DNA of 64,000 nucleotides from Acanthaster planci (taxonomy: Eukaryota), in contig NW_019091362.1 of assembly GCF_001949145.1 (NCBI RefSeq), forward strand, positions 894,427 to 958,426, in the 5' to 3' direction. Positions 1 to 13,059 of the stretch are shown one piece after another (the first letter of the stretch is position 1; every line of letters starts with the position of its first letter). The position numbers were made by a program, and so were the translations under genes. The notes under the pieces were generated by a model, which did no database searches, was not told the DNA's origin, and saw only the letters and a list, made by a program, of their open reading frames with translations.

Positions 1-2994
1 CTTCGCTCTTGTCAGCAAGGGTCAAATGCAGATATTTTTACGTCTTGATGACAGGAGGGAGGCAGCCATCCAATAGTAACCAGAGTCAGTGAAGGCCACC
101 TGGTCTCCCACCGCAGTATCGAGGATCAATCTCCAAGGAGTAAACTACCAGCCCTGAGGTGAGGCTTACAACCCCCCCCATACACAAACTTGCTGGAGAA
201 TCTTAGTGCAATCAATAATGAATCACAACACCAATATGTAGTGTTGGGATCTACACATTTTTTTCCCTACGGGAATGGACGTGTGAAGAAATCCAAATCC
301 TCTGAATGGAAACTGCAGCATTTGTTCCAATCTGCCCAACTGAAAAAAATTATCCCTGTGATGTCTCATAAAGAACAGGCGAAGAATATTTACAGTCTGT
401 TTATTGTAGAAACAAGAAAATTCAGGCATCACCCACACAGAACCAAGAACATCATTTCCATGTATATCAAACATTGTTTTTTCTCCCTACCTTTCAGGCC
501 AGAGCAAATTCAGAAACTCCCAAATTGTACACATTTTTCACCTTAAAATTTTCCAACTGCTACATTTTGTGACAGTTTATTTACTTTCTGAAAACCGCCC
601 CCCCCCAGAAGGAGCCACTGTTGTGACAGGCAAAACGTGTGTATAGGTAATGACAGGACCAGGCATTTAAATGTATCGTACAATGTACATGTGTATTCAG
701 CAAGGAGGTTGCACACACATTGGCCGGGTAATTGAACTTACATTTTCATGTTTAAGGGCATATAACCATTTCAGATATTCAATTCAAGCCAAGTGCCAGG
801 CTATGCTATCTCCCATCATCACAATTTCTTCGTTGGATTTACAGTGCCGCAACGAGATGGACGTAAGGGGAGGTTGAAATGAAAACGCCAAGATGCTTCA
901 CAGGTTATGAGCTCGTGAGAGCATTAAGCAGGCTGGAAAACTGTTCCTTGGGGTAACCAGGCCTCCTCCCCCAAAGACAACGAGTAAGAGCATCTTATGC
1001 CAAGAGTAGCTTATTGACGGATGGTGATAAACATATACATGTACATGTATGTCATACATGCGTGTACACAACTGGCGATCCACAAATGATGTGCATATGA
1101 TACCAGTATTTCATTTACATTTATCGGTACATATCATTTATAAGTCTGTAAAGTCCTTTTAGAAAACAAATATGTACATGTACCGCTCCTGTAATATTGT
1201 TTCAGACATCACCCCTGTTCGTTCTTCTGTGTCTCCATATGCAAGAAGCATTGTAATGGCAATGGTTTATCCAAAGGGAGAAAAACAGGTGTCTTCAAAT
1301 CTTCCTGTGGGCCCTTACTGGAAAAGTTTGGACACTCCTTTTTACCAAGTGCCCATGTACATGTATATGTTAGGTTTGATATTTTTATTTTACACCCCAA
1401 CTCTCCAAGTCCTATCTGCCACAAATACTGATATAAAGCTTTGAGAAACAAATTTCTGAACCAACTTTTGGCACTAAATTGGATCTTTTACTCGTAACTT
1501 ATTGATCTACATGTATACTTTATGTGTGACTTTGGCAAAATAAAAATTGAATGAATTATTTTATACACTAATGGGATGATGTTACCTAAACTGCCTAAAT
1601 AAAGTTACATTTATAATTTAGTTCCAACGATGCCACTTCTTAAACACATGTGTTGAGGTCATGGTGTGAGTACGAGTGGAAGTCTGTAAATTTTCTCCAA
1701 ATGCTCCAAATTAGCCACAAAAAAGGTGGAAAACAAAATCCTAATTAAAACCATTTCACTAAGGCCAAAACAAAAGGCAAATTCTGACAGCATGCAACAG
1801 ATCCTCAGTAACTGCTCATCGAGGCCTGCTCGCTTGATCTAACAGCATCTGATGTTTAATTTGCCACTGTGGTGGTGCACAGTAAATTGTCGCTGAATTA
1901 TTTATCGTGTTAAAGTCCATGTATCACTAGCTCAGTGGTTTGAGTTCTGCCCAGCAGCTGGTCAAACAACTTACCAGTGCTTTGTCTCTCTCTTCCCCTC
2001 TCAACACTTCTACCCCCCTTCCCCATCACAGTTGACATTTTGTCTGCCTGACGCCGTCTCAGACACCCTCGCTCATTATGCCCAGACAACAACAGAGAGT
2101 GAGAAATGACAAGCCAACTGCGGGGATACATGTAAAAGGAACTTTTGATTGGTCCAAGACAGTCGCCAAGCCTTGATGGATGGTTTTAGCAACAACGCAT
2201 CAAGCAGTCAACCCATGAGATAACGGTTCTTGGCCATAAAGAATCCCAGCAAAAGACACCAAGTAATCAGTATCATTTTGGATGAAATAAAGTAATCAAT
2301 TTCTTTTTCTTAAATTTCAAAAGCAACCCAGGGGGATTCTTAAAGTGTAAAAGTCTGGGCAACTCGAACGAGCATTTTGACTGATCTGTACACAACAATG
2401 GCTCATCCCCTTTCCATTCAAAGGTTAGTATTCGAGGGCATAATCACACAGTCTTTGAGTTTTTGAAATATTAACAGTGAGAAGGGGGGAACAATCTGAG
2501 AATTATGCTTCTGCAGCATGCACACAACATGCAGAGAGTTTTTCCATGTGGAATCCATTAATGAAGACGGGTTTGCCACAAGGTGTGTATAAACACAAGC
2601 AATTTCATCCATTTCTCTCTGTAATAACTAAACTCAAACATGACAAATTAAAATTCAATGTCAACATTGACTGGGATACAGGTTAAAGATCAAACAGTGC
2701 AATTAAGTTTCTAAATAAACAATCAGCTGAGAAGTTCTGCAGTCTATTAGAGGAAAACCATGAAGACTTTATGGTTTTAGTCATCAGCCAGAGATGCATT
2801 GATCTAAATGCATGAATATTCAAGTATACTATGCAGGAAACCAAACAATCTAAATCATGCCATAAAAAACTCCTCCAGATGGACATACAATTTTACAGGA
2901 AACCGTGACTAAGAACAACAGCTAGTGTGAATAATTTTTGACTTGTATTTCTAATTCCCAAACTGCTTCAAGCAACTCTTTCCTTAGACCTTAC

Positions 2995-3081
2995 CATCTG
3001 CAGCTTGATGCCTACAGACTGGCACTGTGCTTTTGGCAAGATGAGCACAAACTTTTTCTCTTCTAACTTAAGGACAAACAT
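2995..3081 (-). CDS. Weak candidate first coding exon (MFVLKLEEKKFVLILPKAQCQSVGIKLQM)
   Basis: ATG follows an in-frame TGA. 87 nt run to the donor ATG|GTAAGG, phase 0. Could be chance. Confidence 0.25.
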
Positions 3082-3335
3082 CACACGTCATATTTTCCTC
3101 TCACATTCAGAATCCTGGGTGATGGCTTCTTATTTGCAATCTTTTACTTAGGGGTTCATGCAATGATTACTTCCGTTACAAATTCTATCCAACTTTCTAC
3201 ATGTATTCCTCTTAAATACATGTACATTAAAACTACAAAACATCTTCTGGTTAATGACTCTAGGGAAAGTTCACCTACTTTTAATCATTCAAATTTTTAC
3301 AACAAATAAGCACACTAAGTATACAGTGTTATGAT

Positions 3336-3641
3336 ACACGTCAGGCAGGGCAAAAATCCAAAATGAATTAAAATCTCCCCGGCGCAAATCCATCTTTGTA
3401 AATATATGTTCACGGTACCCGACACAACATCTGACTCAAACCAGCCAGCCGACACCGGTAAGCTCGGTGGTTAAGTGGTTACGACATCTGCACTAGTAAG
3501 CAGGAAGTTGTGGGTTCGAGTCCCACCTGAGTATGCTTGTGGTTTTTTTCACAAGCCTTCAGGGGTAAACACACGTTGTCGGGCAAGGCAAAAATCCAAA
3601 ATGAATTAACATTTCCCCGACGCAAATCCATCTTCGGAAAT
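3336..3641 (+). mobile_element. tRNA-Thr(AGT)-like unit (3461-3532) flanked by ~68-bp imperfect direct repeats
   Basis: A box TGGTTAAGTGG, B box GGTTCGAGTCC, loop CTAGTAA. The repeat GGCAAAAATCCAAAATGAATTAA...CGCAAATCCATCTT occurs at 3336-3403 and 3571-3641. Confidence 0.75.
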
Positions 3642-4971
3642 CAGCACATGAAAGAAAAATTTAAGACAGCAAAATATTCACAATTCTGGCAAAATTTAGT
3701 GCTGAAATAAAATAACTCTATGCTAGGTAGTATGCCATCACATTCTGGTTCATGAATATGCACAGTGCATTAGCATAAATACCCTTTAACACCATGAAAA
3801 AATATTGAAAAAAAGGGGTTACAAAGAACATATACTGTACACGCATTTCCAAAGGTTTCCATTTTGAAAATTACAATGCACAGACCCTTTGGTCTGTAAG
3901 GGCAGCTTCATGAAGAGAGACAACATTACAAACACAAAAGTACCAGACTATCCAAGGCACAGGGAGAAAGAGCATCTCACTGTCTGTCAAAAAATGTACT
4001 GTTAAAAAGATACATGTGGCGGTATTTCTAATGTTGCCAATTTCCCACTGAATATATTGGTTTTCAGATGAGCAAAATAGCCAGTGGTAAAAGCTTTTTA
4101 ACACTTTTCATTTCGATGAACACCCCACTGCCAGTTTATTAATCTAGACAGTCTGGAGCAGGCATGTTTAATAATGGTATGTACATTATAGTATATGTAG
4201 ATATATGTACTGTAGGTTTTAATTAAAGTGAGTAAGGATTAAACTTGCAAAGTAAACTGAATGAGGCAGTATCTTTTCTTGCTGCAATTGTTTAGCATTG
4301 ATCGAGTGCACCAGGGCCGGCCTGAGACACACAGTTGTCAAAGGAACTGATGATGACTGCAGAATGATAAAGCTGGTTAATTAAATCTGTCCAGCTTTAA
4401 TTGCATCAACACCACTTAAGTTGTATAGTTTTTATGTAGTGAATGCAGGATTGAAACAGAATTTGAAATTCACATGACTTTTGGCGGTACATGTTCAAAA
4501 GAAGCTATGTAAAATTACTTCGTTTGAAAAAATTGTAAGTTGAGAAAACGAGTAGGAGTTTTTATGAGTGTGCTAATACTCAATTTATTTGACTTCATAA
4601 TGGTCAATACCATCTCCATATTTCAGGGATTGCTGTATTACTGGGTAAAAAAACTGAAAGCAATCCATAGTGTTATTTTTCGAAGTTGTGAAACAGAGCA
4701 AGGAACAATCAATTTTAAATTCCCAGAAAGCTCTTAAGATATGATTTATTTTAAGTAGCCTTATTGCCGTGCAGTCAGCTTTATATACAAGTTACTTTTG
4801 GTTACAGGGTTATCATATGAAACAGTTGACACGTACATGTAGGGAAAGTTGGTAAGATCCAGAACAAGAAAATAATCACCAATTAATGATTCTGTCAGGA
4901 TCACTGATAACACTGTTTTTCACTGTGTGTTTAAAAAGATATGAAAAAGATGGGTAGAAATAGATTCTTAC

Positions 4972-5031
4972 CACAGTAACGTGCGTGCCAGTTGATGTTT
5001 TAATATGTCCAGAGTGCATCTTCAGAACTCG
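4972..5031 (-). CDS. Candidate exon (RVLKMHSGHIKTSTGTHVTV); either symmetric internal, or initiating at ATG 5019
   Basis: Acceptor tttctgtcttggcctcgacctactacag| and donor GTG|GTAAGA. 60 nt, phase 0-0. A further donor CCG|GTAAGA lies upstream near 5292 in a CpG-retaining patch. Confidence 0.45.
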
Positions 5032-8000
5032 CTGTAGTAGGTCGAGGCCAAGACAGAAATATATCAAATCCAACAACACGCCTAAGACAGGAACAGTCAA
5101 GATGTGACAGCCGCAGCGTTGAGTACCCAGAAAGTTCCTTTGATGATTAAACCTGACCAGACAACAAGGCGGGCCTGCACGTTGGGAAGACCAGAATCCC
5201 CCCTCGTTGTGGTGATGAGTTTGAGACAGTAATGAAACAGGCTCGCCCCCTGCCGGGGAACTCCTGGCAAGCCCTGCTAGTTTGTTTCTTACCGGCCGAC
5301 CTTGCCTCCTGCTGCAAGACTCACTCTACGAACAGCTTGTTGCTTCACTGAACCTCTCCTGCAACGGCTGTCTGATCACTTTCCCCTCCCTGTGGTGCAT
5401 AATTAAGTTTTACAGGACTGAAAATTGACGAGGAGAAAAACATGCTGGCAAATTTGCCCGTCTAGCACAGGATGCTAAGAGTGTCTGTTGATACCAGTAC
5501 AAGATACACACAGGCCTTGTGCATATTATATTAATGTCAGTTTATGTGTCTACACGGGGTGCATTCCATCTATACAATGACTACCTGAGCAACGCAAGAG
5601 TACTATTGTACTGAGTGTGTGTGTGTACATGTGTGTCTACGTGCAAAGGCAGAGAAATCTGAACAGCCTCGCCGGTCTTATTTCTCCGCGATCGCTAAAT
5701 TCCATTTGCAGCCAAATGCTCATCCACTGGGAAGTTGAGGAGATTGTTCCGTCTCCCTGCTCCTTAGCAACCAAAAGAAGGAAGGAGGAAAAAAAAAGGT
5801 TTCTTCGGCCCCAGGACAGATCAGGGCTCCTGATGAGATGTTATCAGTATTAACAAAAAAATTCTAACACGATCCAGGTTTCCGAGTCTTGGCAAAGCAT
5901 GTTTGGGGGACAAGGGAAGGTGTGAATTCACATCGCCCAAGGTCAGAAAAGGCGGCAAGTTTTAATAAACTTTTATTGCATTTGAAGAGGAAGACTATAA
6001 AAAATATCTACCGGCCAGAGATAAATGGATTGAGGATTGGGAAAGTGCACGACTACACATGTATACTGCACTGGGTACTTGATATACTGCTCAGGATATT
6101 ACTAGAAGATATCTGCTTACAAAATGTCAATGATGTACCCACAGCCTTTTGATGTTATCGTTTCAGACAAACACAAGGCAAAACAATTTCTGCCGCATCG
6201 TTATTGCTGCAGATGGAGTAACAAAATATGAACTATAATCAAATTAGTTGTCTTTTACTGCACTTTATTAACTCTCGCAATTCCATGAACTGTGCCCAAA
6301 ATGGCATAAAGAGAGGCTGTTTGAAAATTTCCACTGTCAGTGATTTTGACTGGTGTTTTCTTTTTGTCCACACTCATTTTTTTAAAAATCAATTACTGTT
6401 ACTTGTTTTGCTTTCTGCCTAAGTAAAAAGATTAACATCAACATTTAATACCTCTATTAGGGTGCCCTTTCATTGCTGACATTGAAATAGTGGGCATGGG
6501 TGTCACCATGGGGTAAAGCTCGTTTGAGGTACGAAAAGAGGGTAAAGTTCCAATCCCTGCCAAGCTAACAACCACTGACAGAGGAAAAGGGTCAATTCTG
6601 AGGTGTTTTCACGTCGATTTAAGATTTGATTTCCCTTTCTTTCTTTTTTCATTTCTTTGCCAGCCCCCTTTCAGTGCCTGCCCTTTGCATTTCCTCTACA
6701 ATGCTCACACATAAAGAATATCAACTTTAATTACATTTTACCCAGTTTCAAATGGCTAAACAGGGTCAAACCAACCAACATACAGATAGCTCTGGAACAA
6801 AAGCTAATTCACAATTTCATTAATTTCCAAGTTAACTGGAAAGGATGAAAAAAGAAGATGTAGAGATGCCAATGGCACCACACTGTTACACAATGAAATT
6901 CTTGAGTGAAATTGACGGAAACACCAACTAAAATCCCTTACTCTAATTGTTAGTGCAAATACTACATTAAAATCAATGTAAGCACTCGTCTTGATACAAG
7001 TCTTTACAGCTACAGGCAGTTCATTTGCTCAGTGTGCATGTACACGTTGGCTCTACTGTACTTTCTGTGAGCGCAAATCCATCGGTTACCTGGCAACCAA
7101 GATAAAAATATCCCCTGACAGATCGCTCCATCCCGTGATGACAGGAAAGATGGCAGCAGATGTTGAAACTTTGCTGGAGGACCCCTTTAAACAATGTCAA
7201 CAGTTTATCATCACAGAATTACCATGTAACTATAGACAGTGGTTGCAACTGAAAAGCCTCACACCTGTTCCAAAAAAGTTTGAATTGATGGTTTTGATGG
7301 TTCCGTCTTTCGCAGCATATCAAAATAGCATTTGTAGATTCATCTGTTCAAAATCTGGAGGTAAAATAACTCAAAAGGACCTGGAAAAGATGGATAACTC
7401 ACTGGTACTTAAAAAACAAGGGTTTTTTATTACTACAGAATCAGTTTGAAGTCATTATGACATCACTTTGGATTTTGCATTCTAAGAACACATTGAACAG
7501 ACCAATCATCTTTAATGATGACTCCCTGTCTTCTGATAACTCCAGAAAAATAACTGTTTCAGTGATATCATTCATGCAAAAACCTTCACAAATTGAATCT
7601 TGAGGATACATTTTTTGTTCAGCAGATGTAATACAAAGAATGCAAAAAAATTTAGGGATAAATCAAAAGTGACAGGATGGCATCATCCTGACGTTTCTTC
7701 AATTTTCATCTCTCACCCCAACTCAGAAACTGAACTCTGGTATGTTTACATGTACATGTATATACCAGTATATATGTGTAAGGTATGTTAAAAACAGCTT
7801 AAAGATGTCATATAACCACTGACGACATTCTTTTTAAGAGAACGGTCAAAACGTACATGTATGCTAATATATTTTTTAAATAATTCTTTAAAAAATTTAC
7901 ACAACGTCATCATGAGGTCACCACAAATATCATGTATAATGGTACGTACATGACACATCAGGGGCAAGACATAAGCTTACCTAGAATTAAAAGTATCTCA

Positions 8001-11000
8001 CCTTTAGGTCCTGGGATACTAGCATGCAAAAACTTCAACTCAGTGGAAATATCCAATCAGGTTCAAAGGTCAATGGATGAACCAGGAATCATTAAAGGAT
8101 AAATCGAGGTTTCTCATACTGTACATGTACTTATGTCTGCAATGCATCTATAGATACTTTTGTAGAATACCAAATAAGAAATATACCAAATAAGAGATAC
8201 TGTCAAGTTTTTGTAGAGTTACAGGACTACTGTGTATCATTTCTCTACTACTCTAGAGTTTTATGCAATACATACCGAGATCATGATGGCATTTTTCCGT
8301 CTGAGTACCGTAGCCTCTCTACTTAACCTTTTTTGTTATTTTGCTGATGTTCCCTGTTATATGGTGTTTGATACGTGTAACTACACCACTTGCCCTTTTG
8401 CAATTACAGTGCTGTGCTGTAATACCATACCAGTAAGATTTACATCCATTAATGTTCATGTATGAAATATTGTAACTCTGTTGTTGTGTAAAAAGCTTTG
8501 TTTGTGGGTGAAGTAAATGAAACTTTTCGGCATTCTCGTTGCATAAATGGAATTGAATGACAAACAAAGAAACAAGCAATACATTCTCCATGTATGCTTG
8601 TGCCCACAGGAGAACTGAACCAGTGAAATGTCAGTTAATGTTTTTCTGGCATGATATTCAAACATGTTTTTGACGCTAAAAGAAAAATTGCCTTCACACA
8701 TCTCTTTTAAAGGACATCAGTCACCATAGGCTGAAAATGAACATGATGGGTCAATGCAAGATTAATAAGATTCAAATCCTGATTCTGGTTGGCCAATACA
8801 ACATTAGTTCATTGTAATTCAAAATCACAGTCCAAAAAAAGTGGTGTTCAAAGACGGGGTTCTAATTCTCTTAAGATTTTATTAGCTCTATTAACGATAT
8901 GAAAAAAATTCACTTCTTTTGGTCGTAGTCTTTCTTAATCCTACATGGTGTAATTAGTGTTCTTAGTTTTAAATAAAACTCCAACTAAAGTGCTAAACTT
9001 GTGCACTTGCCAGAATTAGAGCATGTGAACTACCAACCTACAAATGTGTTTATTAGAAAAAGATTAGAAATCATTAGATTGTAAAAATCCAATTACTTAA
9101 AGATAAAATACATGCATGTACAGTGTATGTGTACAGCGGCTACAGTCAAGTATACATGTAAAAGATCTACACAAATAATCTTGTCCCATGAACAGTGCTT
9201 CTCTGCACTCCAAAGCCTGGCTACATTTCACCACTAGAGGGCAGCATTATTTCCCATTGGCAGACCACCTCCAAAAAATTTGATATTATGGTACCAAGGA
9301 AAACACTTCCAGCTGTAACCAAGAGAGGGAGCTATATCAACAGGCCAAAGCTGTCACAATCAACAGACCAACATAGAGTGCACTGTTGATGACAAATGCA
9401 TGAATACACATCACACACATACATGTAGTTGTCGAAAAAAAAATTTCCTGTTGATGGTATACTGTGACAAGGAAATGGTTCTGAAAATACACTTAAACAT
9501 ACGGCTGCCACATATAATTTTAATGATAAAACAAATCTGAACAAAAGAAAGAGATCTTTGCAAAGCTTAAGCTTCCTTCTCATTCAACAACCTCATAAGT
9601 ACCTCAAGTGGACAGCCATGATACTTAGAATTCGACCCATAAATTGTTACATGTACATCACAACCCCCAATCCACAAGTAACAATGTCAACAGTAAATCA
9701 CTACCCTCGCGTTGTACCAATTTGGAATTGTGTACATGCATAAAGGCATGCCAAAGATGAAGGAGACTGATTCGCCTTCAAATTAAACCAAATTAATTTT
9801 ATGGATTATGGTTTATTTAACTTCAAAATCACATTACAGCCCAAAGTTTCCATTATGTGAAATTTGCCATGAAACAATTTTCAATATCTCAGAAAATGAG
9901 GGACTGAATGTAAAAGTAAGTGTTCTCCAAGTTCTAAATTTTAAACTTGATGGGGTCTGAGTAAACAGAAGGGGGGGAAGCCTTCTTCAACAACCCCCCT
10001 CCCATTTTGAATTTAAGCTTTAGGTTTAGTGCTGGGTATGTTAGGGGTTGAGTTTTCCGCTGTACATGTACAATTTGGCAGTACTTTTAGGCATTTATAG
10101 ACAGGATTTTTGGGGGGGGGTGTTGTGTTCTTTGGGTTTTTTTTCATCTAGATACAGTGGGGAAGATGAAATGTTCAAGTTTGTGTTCACGTACATAATA
10201 CAGGTATCCAATATTTCAAACCTGGCAGCCAGATTTTAAAGTTTGGTGGCTTCTTTTCTTACATGGTTGGAGAAGTGTGTCAAATACAGTACACAGCAAA
10301 TGACAATGGGAATTTTGTGAAAAGATTTCCTTTTCACAGCCACATCTGCATTTCATAAGGCATGAAAACATTTTCCTACTTGAGTAAAAGGCACAAAAAT
10401 ATTTAACCACTAATGTGAAAAGGCAGGAAATTGTTTTCCCACTTGCCTGAAAGTTGCGAAGATGTTTTCCACTGAAAGAAAAAGCGTGAAATTGTTTCCC
10501 CAATGTGAAAAGTTGTTTGCACATTTTGTAAAATGAAAATGATAAAAGTGTGAAAGGACTTTCCCCTTCCCAGGTTAACTTTCAACAGCAATGTACTGAA
10601 CAGTACATGAAAGTTCAAGTCTGTTCACTTTACTTTTTTCTCTCTCTTGCAAAGGAAATACAACTATGCAGGTAGAACAGAAGCAATTTTTAAAAGTGGA
10701 CTGTACCCTGCTTCTCTAAGGAGTGGGGAAGAGGAAGTGTGCCTCACAGGTATATCCTCTCTCCTACTTGTCGCCAACTGCCTTTTTTCTTCCAGATTAC
10801 ATTTTTCACAGGCATGCATCACACCCATCCCAAGAGTCCCTAAAAGCCTTAGGCTGGTTCACACTGCAGGCAAATACAAAAGCAAAGTCAATTTGACGTT
10901 ACAAAACATTTGCAGCCAAATTTGCTTGAGTGGATGTGTTCAACTTTTGCCAATTTACAGTGGGGTTATTAGATTTGGCTTCACAATTCTGCATTTGTGT

Positions 11001-11259
11001 TCGCTCTCGACCTCAGGTTACCTTAAGGCTGCAGCACTGAGAATCTGTACCCTGAAATTCTCTTGGACTTTTCAGCGGACCCTAGCTCCCTGACACTTGA
11101 AATTTGCGCTTGAAATTTGAGCTGATACTTGGTCCTATTAGCTTGGAACTCTCCGTCGTACATGTAAATCTGTCCCTGGTGTTAAATTACTTCAGCTTTT
11201 GAGTTATTGTTTTTTCTATTCCTCCAATCATCAATCAGTTTGACAAAGACCTTTTTTTC

Positions 11260-11480
11260 CTCACCTTCCACCTCTGTGGCCCAGGTTCAAATCCCACACT
11301 GACTTACAGACTTACAGGTTGGGTTTTCTGAGGGTTTTCCCCAGAACATTTATCAAGGGATTTCCTGCCACCTCTGAAAACGAACATTTCTTCGTTGTCT
11401 GTCCCGTCCAGGTGCCTGGGGAGAAGAGTTCATTGCTAAAACTGGAAGGGCTCCCCAGGTTGAATACAAAATGATGAATA
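11260..11480 (+). mobile_element. 5'-truncated, degenerate tRNA-derived SINE
   Basis: B box GGTTCAAATCC (11284-11294) followed by GGGTTTTCCCC...TTTCCTGCCAC, resembling the central V/Meta-type SINE motif, and an A-rich end. Confidence 0.5.
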
Positions 11481-11954
11481 AATAATTGATTTTATAAAAC
11501 ATAAATCAAAATTCACGTGTGATGAAAAGTGACTTCTGCACTACAGGTCCATGTCCTTGTTCAACTTCAAGAAAAATTGGATTTCATAGCCCATGGAAGA
11601 AGCATTGCTCCGTTCAATTCAAATCCTGTTGCATTGCTGCAAGACCAAAATACCAACATTAGATGGATCCCCCACTGGATCAACGCAATGCTCCCTGACA
11701 CCCGACCGTCGAGTGTTGACCTGTGGTAAGTTTCATTCAACCCTCGCCTGTCCTCTGGACCCAATAAGGTAATTATAAGCTTCACGCTTGTGTTGTCATT
11801 GACCACTCAGATGAAAGAAATTGCTAGAGGGATGAAAATGATGATGATCAAAATAATCTGTGAAGTCGAGAGCTGATCTCAGTTCTTTTTTTTTTCTTGA
11901 GAGTAGGCCAGCAGTGAAATAGCTAGCCACTGATATTTCGCATAAATTCAGATC

Positions 11955-12225
11955 CACGGTGGATCAAAGGGGGGCGGCAATGGGGCCACACCCCCTAAAA
12001 AGAAGCCTGACTTTTTTCTTTATTTGGGAGGGATGATGACAATCCATTTTTTGTGGGAGGAGGATTCTTTTCCCTTAGCCTTCCTTCCAAATGGGTGTAA
12101 AAGACCCAACAATGTAGCCTCAACTGTCACAAAGACACAGGTTTACATGAAAAATTCCAATTTTTAGCTCCTCCCCCCAAAAACAAGTTTAGCCCCCTGA
12201 AAACGTAGCTCTGCATCTGCCCTTG
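11955..12225. mobile_element. Degenerate G/C-tract MITE-like element
   Basis: Left end CACGGTGGATC followed by a G-run. Right end has C-runs followed by GCATCTGCCCTTG. The ends are only loosely complementary. Confidence 0.3.
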
Positions 12226-13041
12226 TTATTGTCGTGATGAATTTCATCTTGATTATAAATGAATTCTTGTATGCATTACAAAGGTAATGGTGTTGCCTAA
12301 AAGTTTGTCCTGCTTTGGAAAAATCTGTGACAGATACTTGAGCAAGTCAGGTTCCTGTCTGAACCCAAGGCCAATTATGGCAAACAAGTACATGTACCTA
12401 CATTCTTGAAGTCAAAGCTGAAACGAGCAGACATCTTGGACTAAGACTACTCATTTCAGTGTGAACTTGTATTTAATCTTGCCAAGAGACAAGTCTGAAT
12501 TAGGTACATATGCGGGAGTCTCATCAGGCACCGGAAAAACCCGTAAGGTAAAATCCAGTTTTGCTTCTTGGATTTTTGTGCGTGTTTTCTTTTTCTCCCA
12601 GTTATAGACTGAGTCCCATGTACCCAGAGTCTACTTTTCTACAAGTGACTGCTTCAGACTCGGACAAGGAGTCAACTTCAATCACTGACTTGTCAGCTAA
12701 ATCCCTGGTATCCCATTCCTCATAACAGATGTACAGTATCCTGCAACACAAAGAAGATGGCGACCTGCTTCCGTCATGTATCTCAGGCATGCCCAAGGCA
12801 TAGAAAGAATCAGCGTGCCAATCTTGCATTTATGGTAACTTTGACAAAATAATTTTGTACATGACAACATACTCAAACCCATTAATATCCATAATTACTG
12901 GTTTGTGTATCTTGCAATACTATTTACGAGTCCACACTATGTGTACACCAACACAACGAGCTTGAGTATGACTCAGTTTTTCTTGCGTTCATTTTCTTAA
13001 TTGCACCAATAAGACAGTTATTTAGCCAAATTCCCACTCAC

Positions 13042-13059
13042 GTCTTCGACCCTAAACAT
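13042..13059 (-). CDS. Weak candidate micro first coding exon (MFRVED)
   Basis: 18 nt from ATG to the donor GAC|GTGAGT, phase 0, in a small CpG-containing patch. Start context is weak and this could be chance. Confidence 0.25.

Noticed and set aside
1974..2038. Minus-strand MSTVMGKGGRSVERGRERQST ending at CTG|GTAAGT
   Set aside because: Phase 1, so inconsistent with the other candidates, and made of low-complexity purine sequence. Kept only as a caution on chance matches.
3461..3532. Functional tRNA-Thr gene
   Set aside because: The 8-nt anticodon loop, weak D-stem and embedding in direct repeats point to a tRNA-derived repeat.
10290..10575. Cluster of TGTGAAA/TTTTCC motifs
   Set aside because: Probably a decayed transposon subterminal region, but I could not define termini or a period.
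12540..12830. Coding-looking stretch (EEWDTRDLADKSVIEVDSLSESE on minus; strong acceptor on plus)
   Set aside because: Stops nearby in the candidate frames, no matching splice pair, and no motif I recognise.
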